Origin: Bugula neritina
Taxonomy: Eukaryota; Animalia; Bryozoa
Assembly: GCA_964035545.1 (NCBI GenBank)
Contig: OZ037770.1
Coordinates: 868,001-932,000 of the forward strand
Direction of reading: 5' to 3'
Length of the DNA: 64,000 bases
Program-made: the position numbers and the translations under genes
In this document: piece after piece, positions 29,901 through 42,485 of the stretch
Layout of the letters: the number at the start of each line of letters is the position of its first letter
Position numbering within the stretch: position 1 is the first letter of the stretch
Notes under the pieces: model-generated
Seen by the model: only the letters and a program-made list of their open reading frames with translations
Database searches by the model: none
What the model was told of the DNA's origin: nothing

Positions 29901-32058
29901 TATTAGGCTATTCCAATTTCACGATATACATAGCTCTATAATTCTGAAAAACTGCTAGGTAGAGTGGAAATTAAACATGTGATCTATTCATTGCTAAAGT
30001 ATTACAGCTATGAATAATATATATGTGATTACCTGAGTGATATCACAATCTTCACTTGCTAAGTTAGTTTAAATACAGGAAAAAAAATTAATCTGGAGAA
30101 AGATTATATATGAGAAGCTGTTTTTGTAATAATTTCCTGCTCTAGGGTGATTTAGAAGAATTGTTTTAATGCAAAACTTTTGCATACATGAGTTGAATAA
30201 AATCATTGAGAGTTTTATGAAGGTCTATTTGTGTATAGATAGCCCTAATGCATGTCACAACTCAAGTTTTTAGATTTTATGTAATTTGTGGTGCAAAGTT
30301 GCAAATAAAAACCTTATTTTAATAATACTTAGACATATGCAAGCAATAAAGATAATGAAAAAAATGCTATAGTTGCTAATTAGCTAATATTACTTGCATA
30401 TGATGCAAATATTTGTATGCATGCATGTTTAGTTTATTAGCATTGGTTAGATATAATTGAATATATAGATTTGATGTGGAAATTGAAGAAAATCAATATG
30501 TTGTGTTCTATATACAACAACAGTTTTTACATTGGTTTGTTAATTACTTCATAAATCATTTATTACTTCATGCAATATTTGTTCCTGCAATTTTGCAGAG
30601 TGGCAAAATGCATTTCAAAGACATATATTAAGTGATTTTAATTATACTAGAATTTTCAAACCAAGAATTTTTGGGGAGTTTTCTTCTTCCTAAGACATAT
30701 GTGGCAATTGAACACATAATAAGTTCTAGGCCACAACTCCTTTATACAACCTTGCAAGAAATTATGCAGCCATTTAAATAGAAAAGGAATTATTGAATTT
30801 ATTTATTCAACATTATTAGTATTTTATAAATATTTGTTGCATTTAATTAATGAGCATAAAACTTGTTTTACAAATACTGTAATTAACAGCATGGTAAAAA
30901 TATATTATATATACTGGTATATATTTTGTATTGTATTAGATTTAGGCTACATTGATAATTAAAAAGAGTTAATGGCTAAGTTTAAATATCTTCGACTTAT
31001 AGATTACATTTTTATGTGCTATAAAAATTTAACTCGTTTGTTACAACATTTCTCCATGCATAAAAACAAAACTTACGGCAAGAAATCCTTAGCTAGAAAG
31101 ATAAATAATAATTTACTTTAATTACATCAAAAGCTAATATCAGCAAGCATTCTATAAATAATGGGAATTTACCTAGTGTAATTTTTCTTAAACTAGCTAA
31201 GCTTGCTTGGTACTTTAATAAGTTTATTGGCATAGTGTATTATGTTATACTTATATACTTTTAAGACTTTAAGGAAAATGATGTTTTAGCTGCGTTATTC
31301 CTAATGCAAGCCTTATAAATTTACAATATATACTAAAATATTATATTTGTAATTAGAAAGAAAACAAATTATTTCTTTCATAAACTTATAATTATTGCAT
31401 TCTGTTATTGTTAATGCTAGAATAACAAATTGAACACGGCATATGCTTCCCTAACCAGATGCTTTTAAACGGATTAAAAATAATTTGTCAATTTCTAATT
31501 ATGAGGAACAAACTCCTCGATAGTTTCTACATTTGCGCATGATTTTATCAAGATAGGCTTGCTTTTGTGTCAACCTGTAGCCAGTGCAACTATACTTTAT
31601 GTAACGAGTAAAACAGACTCATTTCAAAGTACACAGTCTAAAGGGTAGGAATTACTACAAAGAAAAGTGCCGGTTAAAAGTTAATTATAATTGGAAATAA
31701 GGTGAAATATCAGTCAGAAATTAAAAAGTGTCAACTAAAAAGGTGTATTGTTATTTCTTTTTGGCTTAATGAAAATGTTTTTTGAGGAAGAAGTACGAGA
31801 AACATCTAGGAGGGGTTCATATCCACCACTGGCGACTACCTGTTTATTGATGAAGAACTATCCAATGATAGTACAGTATTATGGTCTTTTGCCTTATAAT
31901 TGGCTTTGATTTTTTTATGTCTAATTACGAGATACTAAACAGATGCAAAGTATGTTGTGCATAGGCAGTTTTTTTATGTCTCTAAACAACATTCTAGGAA
32001 AATATATACTGTTTGTGTCATGAGTTAGACATTGAAGCCTATTTTTAGCTTAATTTAA

Positions 32059-32345
32059 ATCTTTAGACCAGCTATTATTTCTCTCCTAACAAAGTGTTTG
32101 CTGCTAGGCTATCTTTACAATTCATCTGTGAGAATGTTTGTTTAACAACACAGCTGTGTGGCTATTGTGAGAATATTTCTCTTAAAAACACAACTGAACT
32201 GTGATTTCAACATTGCTGCCAATTTTTCCTTTGATCTGCATCTTTAGACCAGCTATTATTTCTCTCCTAACACAATTTTTGCTGCTAGGCTACCTTTACA
32301 ATTCATTTGTGAAAATATTAGTTTTAACAACACAGCTGCATATAG
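32059..32345. repeat. Two tandem copies of a ~100-bp family B module
   Basis: atctttagaccagctattatttctctcctaac...tttgctgctaggcta..tttacaattcat..aacaacacagctg at 32059 and 32240; related copies at ~34765 and ~63607. Confidence 0.75.
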
Positions 32346-32796
32346 CTAAATGCATTGCCAAATAGTTAGAGAATAGTGAATAGTATAGACATGTGATAAT
32401 ATAATGAATAGTGAAAAGCGTTATAGAAATACCCACTCAAAGCCTGAATAAACCCGAAGTTTACAGAAAACACTTAACTAATAGTTATATAATATAATAT
32501 GTTTATTTTGACTACATATTATAGTTAAACACTGCCAATATAATCTATCTAGACTACACTAGAACGTTTCTAGCAAAGCTCTATTGTCTATTTTAAAACT
32601 AGAAAACAGTTGAAAGTCGGGACAGTTTACTGTAGGTTATATATCTTTTTATTCAAGAAATCAGATAGACTGAATCAATTTATAGAAATATGACAACAAG
32701 ATTTTCATTACAATGCCACACACCCAATTGACAAGATATTATAATATATTTACTATAGTTTATAGTTTATAGTTTATAATTCATAGTTTATATATA

Positions 32797-32850
<54 letters not shown>

Positions 32851-34447
32851 ACTATGCATATATTAAATAAATTCACAACTATATATACAAGTATATTATA
32901 CACCTAAATGTATACAAGTAAATGTTTATATAGCCCAAAAAGGTAAGTATAATTATAAACATCACTACATAAATATGTAGAGAGATACCAATTGCAAGCT
33001 TATCATGGCATCTGCCAATTTTATCAGTAAAAAGGCATGTCTGCAAGGTATTTCAATAATATGCTCAGAAATTTTGTTGCCTATACTAGTTTGAAATTTT
33101 AATTAAATCTGCTTCAAACTTACTGCAGTAAGTTGAATGTTGATAAATTGCTCAATCAATATTAACATGCTGCAGTAATAAATTAGTTTAATGGTGTTAA
33201 CCAATTACATTTAAATATAGCCAGATATAGCTTCTAATGCACTGCTGTTCTCTTTTATTATCTAATATTATGATTACAGCTCTAAATATACAGTACAAGT
33301 AGCTTATAGACTGGTAGGATGAATATGTCAGGTAGCTGTATCTATATCTTACATCTATGACCACTGCATGGAGTATCGCTAGGTAACAGCAAAGGAGCTC
33401 TTGACACACACATAATGTTAGCTACTCTGTAAACTTACATCATAAAGAACAAATGTTAGCTACTTTGTAAACTTATACGTATGTACATCATGAAGAACAA
33501 ACATGTGGATATAACTACCTAAACAGTCTTGCTGTTACATGAATTATAAACTATAGTTTGAGCATTATAGTGGTTTCATTTATGCTATAGAGTTGGAGCT
33601 ACACGTACATTTGCTTGTTTATAATAATGTATTTAATAATTATGTTCTAAATTATACTACAGATATTTTATTGGTGACTAAAATTCAAAAGAAACTATGA
33701 GAGCCGACTGTAACTTCAACTGATTTATTAAATTATTTATTTTTTGTTCATTGTTTACTTATTATGTTTATTCTTTGTTTACTGTTTAGTTTTTTTTTCT
33801 CATTAATTTAATTTGATTCATCTTAATTATAAATGCGTATATTACTGACTAAATCTTGCCTATTTATAATATTATCATAATATATAGTCAAGTGACACTC
33901 ACATAAGGTTTATGCAACGGAACATCATGGGTCAATAACTACAGTTTGACATGTTACACAACATATTTGGTATTAGGAATATAGCAAGAGTAAAACATAT
34001 GTAATATCTGCCCTGTTTTGTTTTATGTATTACATCCTGTTTATTTCGTTACTTAGCAACAAAGCTCTTAAAGCATCTTCATCTGTCTGAGAATAAACAG
34101 GCCCTTTGCTAAGGCTTGACAAATGTAAACAAACAACCATAAATCATTTTTGACTTTCTTATTTTAAATGCGAATTTCTTAAAAATTCAAAATGAAGATT
34201 ATAAAAATACTGAGGTGTTTCAATGCCAATATATCTCAAATTCAATTTGCACAACAGACTTCAATTTGAACTGCAAAATAATTGCAAAAATCTGTTTCAT
34301 AGCCTCAAACTAATAACTCAGTTTTGGTAAAGTGGCATAAATTCCCTTTTATTGTGGTGACGTGTCCCATATACACAACTAATGTATATATATATCAGTA
34401 TACTATACTCAGCAATAAAGTGAAATATTCGACTATTATATAAAACT

Positions 34448-34860
34448 ACTAAAGTCAGAGAAACTTACCTAAAACTGAGACTCACTGGTGAAAGTAACGG
34501 AATTCATCTTTTATGTAGAGAAACTATCAGAGGAACCACAGAGTAAACATTCTACAAGATTAAGTGTTGAGTTAAAGAGAAAGCTTTACATATTCCAGTA
34601 TAACAAATCAGTTAGCAATTAAGCTATGAGTGTATTTTCTATTCACTGAAAACCTTTACAATTTAGACACAATACCACACATCATGTAAAATTGTATATT
34701 TCAATAGGTTTACTTTGTTTCTTTATTTAAGAATTGCCGTCAATTTTTCACTTTGAGTTCCATTTTTAGACCAGCTATTATTCCTTCTTTTAACAAAATA
34801 TTTGCTGCTTTGTCAACCTTGCTATTCATTAGTGAGAATGTTTTTAAGTAACACAGCTTA
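34448..34860. repeat. Dispersed repeat family B, copy
   Basis: taaagtcagagaaacttacct...gaattcat..tttatgtagagaaactatcagaggaaccacagag..aaacattctaca nearly identical to 63100-63250. Confidence 0.85.
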
Positions 34861-34880
34861 TGTATAAGGGGTGCTTTCCT

Positions 34881-35157
34881 GAGGGTACTGAGTCTACATA
34901 TACATTGTATTTACTATATCCAGGGTACTGAGTCTACACATACATTGTATTTACAATATCCAAGGTACTGAGTCTACACATACATTGTATTTACAATATC
35001 CAGGGTACTGAGTCTACACATGCATTGTATTTACAATATCCAGGGTACTTAGTATACACATACATTGTATTTACAATATCCAGGGTACTGAGTCTACACA
35101 TACATTGTATTTACAATATCCAGGGTACTTAGTCTACGCATACATTGTATTTACAAT
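34881..35157. repeat. 40-bp minisatellite, ~7 copies
   Basis: Unit cagggtactgagtctacacatacattgtatttacaatatc head to tail, with no spacers. Confidence 0.95.
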
Positions 35158-37337
35158 TTTTCGGAAAATGTTGAGATGTAGTGAATTGTAATGGAGTGCA
35201 TCATGATGTAGTGTCGTGTATTGTGATGTAGTGTCGTGTATTTTGCACTTCAATATATAAACAAAGATGGAATTCTTCTCTTTTAAACCATGCATTATTA
35301 TATATTATATACAGTTATCTCCACATGTATAGCTTATACAACTACTTTCAGAGTATGTAGTAAGTAATGATATATTTGTTTAGTGATTATCTCCTCTGAT
35401 AATGTCACATATTTTAACCCTCACTCTGCAGGGCTGACTGGTTCAGCTGCAGCTGGTAAATGAAATATAAACCACTCTGTGTGTCTGTAGATCCGTCTAA
35501 GAGAAGAAGAGGTGGGTTTATGATTCTCGGTAAACTGGTACTGTTTGGGTGCGTCATCTCTACCATCTTCTCTCTCCTTGACTCTGTGCATGTGTCTGTA
35601 GATCCGTTCTCTTATAATAATAACACATACACAGTTACTTACCTGTTATCATCATATATATTGAAAAACATTATATTCATTCAGTAATTCTTTTAGGCAT
35701 TTTAACAATGCCTTGCTGGTTTTATAATATATTACTTGTTGTTTGAAGTTCTATAAGTCTTCTGTCGCTGCTCTAGTACTATGCATATGCTAGCTAATTC
35801 TTTCTCAATTTAGGCCATCAGTGTTATTTTGGCTACTCCAAACAGCTCATAATTGTTGTCATATAACCTCAATTTTCTAGTTATTACTACAAACTGTTGT
35901 CATCATTGGAATTTTTATCGTTATCATAATTTCAGCTAATTATGATAAATACCATTAATTGTGAGAGAATGACCTATATATTTTGATTGGTTTAATAGCA
36001 TTTTAGTCTTCATGCACAAATTCCTAAATATGAGAAAAGCATTTCATTTGAATTTTAGTGAGTTTCAACATTTGAATGTTATATAAGATTGTCTTTGATC
36101 TCTCTATACTTTAATATGCACATAGCAGCAAGGCATACAGCTACTAACCAAGCTAAAATATCATTAGATTATATATAATTCTAAATTCAGAAAAAAAAAC
36201 AATGTAATTGAAACATTGAATGATTGATGAAATAAAGATTTTGTTCTGCAAATGCTATAAAAAGCAACGATGACTTCAAGTAGAAAAGTGCATTAAAGTT
36301 GAAAGGTAGCTATGAAAACACTTTAACTTTTTCCCAAATGGTTTAGCTAACGTAGCTTAAACATGTTAGTAGAGGCTATTGGTTGCATGAAGTTTATAAT
36401 ATTATATTTTAATAAATGTATTTGGTATAACTAATAGTACTCTGGGTGCGCTCAGGGGTCACTACCTATTCTATAGCCTACAAAAATGACGTGATCTTGG
36501 AGCAAAATTACTATAACTGCCTGAATAATTGCGCCCTTAGCTTGGTTGTTATGTGGAATAGTCATAGAGTTATAGAACCTACAGTTATCCATATTATATA
36601 TACGAGTAGGGAATCCGAAAGTGCCCTAATTGAGTATGTTAAAGCTCAAAAATGCACCATGTTTAAAGTTTACTGCTGCTTTTATCGGTTCCTATACTCT
36701 GTCAACATATTTCTCTGCCAACTCTCAGATTCATAGAATTACAAGTCAGCTGCAAATCTTACACATTATGTGACGTCATACACATGATGTATGTATAAAC
36801 TTTGTGCGGCATTATTATTTTTTTCTGATAACTTTTTTCAGCTCAATTTCTTTAGCTGAGACTGAGTCTGCGTCCATAAATGTTGTGCAACACGTATATC
36901 TATATACTGTCTTTATAGCCACATATAAAACTGTAGCAAATCTATATAAAGTTATGTAAATGGTAGATACGCATATTGCATATATATTTTGTTGATATGT
37001 TTTCAATTTAGTTTATCAGCAATTATAGTTGTCCACCAATGCTTGCACAAAGATTAGTACAGTGCGTAAACAATTTTTATAACTGTAAATGAAACTACAG
37101 TTTCAAAATATAATTGTGAAATATAATTTTATTGGCAAAAATTTTCACCAATGAAAAAACTATATTATATACAAACTGGTTGGAAAATTTCCACTTTTCC
37201 TGGAAAGCTTACAAATAGTCTTAAGCAAGTTTTTAACAAGTCATTTCAGTTGTGAGATAAACAACAAATGACCTTGCAATCATTGAAATGTTGATAGAAA
37301 TATTTCACTCACTCTCAATTACTCATTTAGCAGTTTA

Positions 37338-37645
<308 letters not shown>

Positions 37646-38242
37646 GCTTATATGATTATTTTCAATTCACTCAGCACAATAAGTATCTTTTCTAAAGAAT
37701 TTTTTCTCAAATTCTTCATTGCTTCCTAAAAATAAGATTGAAAACTCATAAAACAGATTTCTTGAACTGACAAGTGATGCTATATTGGTGTCCCTGTGTG
37801 TGGTGTTTATTCATTCATTACACAATTCATATGCCGGCATACCAACCATCCAGTTTGAATGCTAATCACTCACTCGTGCTTCTTGAGTAACAAGAAACTG
37901 AATTGAGCCATGCATATACTGTTGATAAATTTATATATTCTCACATTTAGTTAGCAACATTCCTCACTGATTTATATATTATGGTGTACGTGTCAAGAAC
38001 GTTGATGGATGTGTTTGTTTGTTTGCACACATGGCTGATTTTATTAGACTGTGACCCAATAAGACACAATTGTGCTTTGAATTTTGAATATAATACTTAT
38101 AGCTGCACATATATAAATTTTTACAACCTTGTGTAGAATCCACGCTATAATAAATCAAATTGTTTCATGAACAGAAGTATTTAAAAGAGAACAGAGTTTG
38201 AAATTATAAACTATTATTGTCGGTGTGCTTCTTACCAGGAAC

Positions 38243-39888
38243 ATGTTTCTGAAAATCACTTTTGCATTGATTGGTAAGTTTTTAAACTGGAATTTTGCAA
38301 ATTACCTGATGACTATATATACTGCTTATACAGAACTCATCAAAGTAGGTTACATGTATTTCTTATTTGTCTATAAACTTATCTCATAATATCCTCAAAC
38401 ACACATTGCAGCCTACAAGTGGATATGCTAGCAACATTTAATCCAATTTATTGCATTATCATTTGAAGAATATGCACAGTTTTTATTAAATGCAACATTT
38501 ATTAGTTTCCAATATACCTGATGAATTTTCAACTATCTAACAAGAATGTTTTTGAACTATAATAGGAACTTTTATCTCGTGTGTTAAAACCAATTTTTAT
38601 TAGAATATCAGAATAACTATTTGTGAGGTTTTTATTTTGTTTTGTGTTGCAGCATTGTTGGCCGGCCCTGCAGGGGCTAGCACACGCTGTAATCTGTATA
38701 ACCTTGGTGTAAATGCTGGACTCCCTTGTGGCCTACAATGGTGGCAATCAAATGACCTTGGGCAATCAATTACAGTTTCTAACAAGATATCAGACTTTGC
38801 ACGGAGTGTTTTGGATACTATTGACCCAGCTCTGTACAGCAGTATTAATTCTACCTTGGCCGGGCAAATCGCGGCTGAATCAGATGATCCTCTAGCCAAA
38901 ATTATTGAGTCCGTTCTTACAGTGTTGCCTTTTTATTCAAATTTTCTGGCCGATTTTCTGTACAGCTTAGAATTGACTCCAGATATATTATATATTTTCA
39001 ACCTGTCTCAAGATTTTGCAACCAAAGGGTTCTTGCAGCAGCTGGCAAAAGAATATTTTGACTTTTCATGTTCACCGTAAGTAGTTTGTATTCATTGCAA
39101 ATTTGTGTTTATTATAGGGCATGATATAGTGTTATGTTGGCCTACTGTAAAAGGTGACTATAGTAATAGTACTGAACTTTCTGCAAGAGATTATATTACG
39201 GTTTAATTATCTCTACATTGTAGATACGGAGTTAAAAACTTTACAAGCTGCATTTCCAACTGGGTTGATGCCAATTGTGACGCAGAGGACAACGTGGCTT
39301 ACCTCAACCAGATTTTCAACAGCCTGGCTAATGAATACTGTAATGGCAACTCTGTTAAATCCAGTGTTTTGAGATGTGAGTTAATTAATCGCAAATTTTC
39401 TAATTTTCAAGTAGAAATAAACTAGATGAGTCACTAAAAACAGCAGCTACATTTGATATCAAGTTTGCCCTAATGACTGACAGGGAAAAGTGACACACTT
39501 TAAAATTTTTATTGCAATATATTATTTCAGCATGCTTTTAATCAAATCTGCTATACTGTACTCTTCCAATTGATTTACATTATTATATATAATTTATATG
39601 AACATAATATGTCTACATGTTTGCAGCTTTCAACAGAAACTTTGGAGTGTTTGGACAAGGACTGGTAAAACTTTACGGAGTTGAAAAAGATCCATCAAGT
39701 TCTTTTCAGTTCCGTCTGTCAAATAGCTCTCGCCTTGCAGACATCATCTCTGGTGCTAACCTGACAGCTGTGACAGATTATGCTAATGCTTGTACTCCAC
39801 TTTTATTAGCATTGGGTAATGAAATAACAGAGTTGAGTGAGGCAAACAGCACAATAGGCACTGGTGATGCCTTGCAAAGTATCATAGG
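38243..39888 (+). CDS. Secreted, Cys-containing protein of unknown function (first four coding exons)
   Basis: Phase-compatible exons 38243-38273 (ATG; G|GTAAGT), 38653-39076, 39224-39375 and 39627-39888 give MFLKITFALIALLAGPAGA|STRCNLYNLG...SCSPYGVKNFTSCISNWVDANC...QSIIG. Clear signal peptide and several N-x-S/T sequons. The 3' exon(s) probably lie at ~45480-46001. Confidence 0.8.
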
Positions 39889-40128
39889 GTGAGTAGAACA
39901 ACTTCAGATATGTAAAGTCTGTCATCATGCTACATAGTGTGATGTCTTTGGACATGTCATCTTTCTTTTGATTCAAAAGTCAATTTTGGTCTAGACCTGC
40001 ATAACTATTAAAGCATATATGTTACTATAAGATAAGCCTGGATGTTATACTAACACACTGGGTGCTTTCTAATCTATAATTTTGTTAACCAAGACTGCAT
40101 GAGCTTGTTTATTATCACCTTTACATTG

Positions 40129-40207
<79 letters not shown>

Positions 40208-40255
40208 GTATTGATAAAATTTCGGATATAAAATAAACTTATTTATTCATTCTAT

Positions 40256-40304
40256 CGACTATACAATATTGTTTCACGTAGTGCGAGCTACGATCATCAG
40301 GTCG
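40256..40304 (-). ncRNA. Minimal type I hammerhead ribozyme (PLE-associated), left arm
   Basis: Minus strand reads CGAC CUGAUGA UCGUAG cucgca CUACGU GAAAC aauauu GUA UA GUCG; it has a 2-nt insertion after the cleavage triplet relative to the right copy. Confidence 0.7.
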
Positions 40305-41787
40305 TTATGTGTACGGTTGAGTGGTTTTGTTTTGAAATTAACATTGTTTGCGTATTACTACGCTGGAATGTCTTAACTAGCGTCTGTCAAATGCGCAAGT
40401 AAAAATTTGCGTTTATGTTTACACGTGCTGGAAAGTTCTTTTCGTTTGTTAAGGGAGGATAATTCCGGTTGGTTTAAAATTACATATTTTTCATAGTTGC
40501 ATAAGTTACATCTGTTAGTTATGTTTGAGTATGATTTACAAATTTTTAAAATATTCCATTTTAGGCTGAATTTAGTGTTGTTGTCTTTTAAATTCCAGAT
40601 GTGTTTGCTGAGCTGTGTGTTGTTAGCTTTATCTGCATGTAGGAAAGAGGCTTTATGGTTATTGAATCGTGTTTTGAAGGTGGTTGAACAGAGTCATATG
40701 TACGATTGGTTACAGTTATTGTCATGTCTTGTTACAGTTGCTTGGTATATCACGTTTTTGTATAAGCATTTACCATTTAATGGACAGTGGGAGAGTTGTT
40801 TACAGTTACATTGTGTGTTGTTTGAGTTAGTAGTGGTAGTAGGGGTGTATGCAGTTTTAAGTTTGTGTTGGTTTGAGCCATCAATAATATTTTTCATGTT
40901 GGGCATGCACGAATAACTAATTTTTATGGTTTTCCTATTAAAAATTTTTGCCTAGTTGGTTGGATGGTGGAAAGCATTGGTCGATAATTTGAAGAAATTT
41001 CTTCTCTATTTTGGTTTTTACTGTTGAACTAAAAGGTGGGTTGTACCACAATATGTTTCTATTTCTATTTTTATTATTGTTGCTGGATTTAGGTGTCGGG
41101 TTATATTTTAATTTATAGTCATATCCGCTGTTTGATAGTTTGATAAAAAGCCCCACATGACCTAGCTAAATCAATCACAACTAAGCTTTTATTACATATA
41201 CATATTATTGATGGCTCAAACCAACACAAACTTAAAACTGCATACACCCCTACTACCACTACTAAACCAAACAACACACAATGTAACTGTAAACAACCCT
41301 CCCACTGTCCATTAAATGGTAAATGCTTATACAAAAACGTGATATACCAAGCAACTGTAACAAGCCATGACAATAACTGTAACCAATCGTACATAGGACT
41401 CTGTTCAACCACCTTCAAAACACGATTCAATAACCATAAAGCCTCTTTCCTACATGCAGATAAAGCCAACAACACGCAACTCAGCAGACACATCTGGAAT
41501 TTAAAAGACAACAACACGAAATTCAGCCTAAAATGGAATATTTTAAAAATTTGTAAATCATACTCAAACATAACTAACAGATGTAACTTATGCAACTATG
41601 AAAAATATGTAATTTTAAACCAACCGGAATTATCCTCCCTTAACAAACGAAAAGAACTTTCCAGCACGTGTAAACATAAACGCAAACTTTTACTTGCGCA
41701 TTTGACAGACGCTAGTTAAGACATTCCAGCGTAGTAATACGCAAACAATGTTAATTTCAAAACAAAACCACTCAACCGTACACATAA

Positions 41788-41834
41788 CGACCTGATGATC
41801 GTAGCTCGCACTACGTGAAACAATATTGTAGTCA
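41788..41834 (+). ncRNA. Minimal type I hammerhead ribozyme (PLE-associated), right arm
   Basis: CGAC-CUGAUGA-U-CGUAG/CUACG stem II-U-GAAAC-palindromic loop AAUAUU-GUA-GUC; core boxes intact, very short stem III as known for Penelope hammerheads. Confidence 0.8.
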
Positions 41835-41944
41835 ATAGAATGAATACATAAGTTTATTTTATATCCGAAATTTTATCAATACCAAATATAAATACTCTAT
41901 TTTCCGAAATATTGAGTTCTTTTGATTCATTTTTTAATTATAGA

Positions 41945-42029
<85 letters not shown>

Positions 42030-42209
42030 AATATTAGTGTTAGAGTGAACATAAGCTGACAACTAAAACCTCTCGTTTTTTGGATCCCTAAATTGACCAG
42101 CAGTGAATAGAAATTAGTGTCAGGTACTGTTCACAGTGAATAGTATGTTAGATCAATGTTGATATAAAGAGTTGTGAAGTTGATTCTTTGTATTTATCAC
42201 AATGAGCCA

Positions 42210-42485
42210 AATTATGTTCAATGGTGATCTTATATATGTTCAATGGTGAGCTTACATATTTTCAATAGTGATCTTCTTTATGCTCAATAGTGATATTATA
42301 TATGTTTAATAGTGATATCATATATGTTCAATGGTGAGCTTATATATATTCAATGGTGATCTTATTTATGCTCAATAGTGATATTATATATGTTTAATGA
42401 TAATCTTATTTCTGTTCAATGATGATCTTAGATATGCTCAATGCTGAACTAAGTTATATTCAAAGCTGAACTTATAAATGTTCCA
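42210..42485. repeat. ~22-bp degenerate minisatellite, ~12 copies
   Basis: Unit ~ttatatatgttcaatggtgatc. Confidence 0.85.

Larger units (their letters stand above)
40201..41947. mobile_element. Penelope-like element (PLE) 3' fragments in inverted arrangement, GIY-YIG endonuclease region only
   Basis: Plus-strand arm: CNCKQPSHCPLNGKCL..VIYQATV..YIGLCSTTFKTRFNNH..RCNLCNYEK..LNKRKELSSTCKH. The minus-strand arm is the same and extends further 5' (RNILWYNPPFS), with a frameshift and a GGA>TGA stop. Arms 40201-40890 and 41202-41890; (TA)n on both sides; lies in an intron of the 38243 gene. Confidence 0.92.

Noticed and set aside
34881-35157. CRISPR-like regular repeat
   Set aside because: The 40-bp units are contiguous with no unique spacers, there are no cas genes, and the context is eukaryotic; it is a minisatellite.
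35432-35687. Possible phase-1 micro-exon chain (24 nt, 21 nt, terminal exon)
   Set aside because: It would need a 35-nt intron, no start exon was found, and the repeated acceptor is explained by a local duplication of tgtgtctgtagatccgt.
40694-40696. In-frame TGA in the Penelope endonuclease as possible selenocysteine
   Set aside because: The sister arm has GGA (Gly of the YIG motif) at this position, so it is a nonsense substitution rather than a Cys/Sec site.
40497-41595. Two hydrophobic ORFs beginning MHKLHLLVMFEY (40497+ and 41595-)
   Set aside because: They are antisense shadows of the Penelope GIY-YIG frame, duplicated by the inversion.
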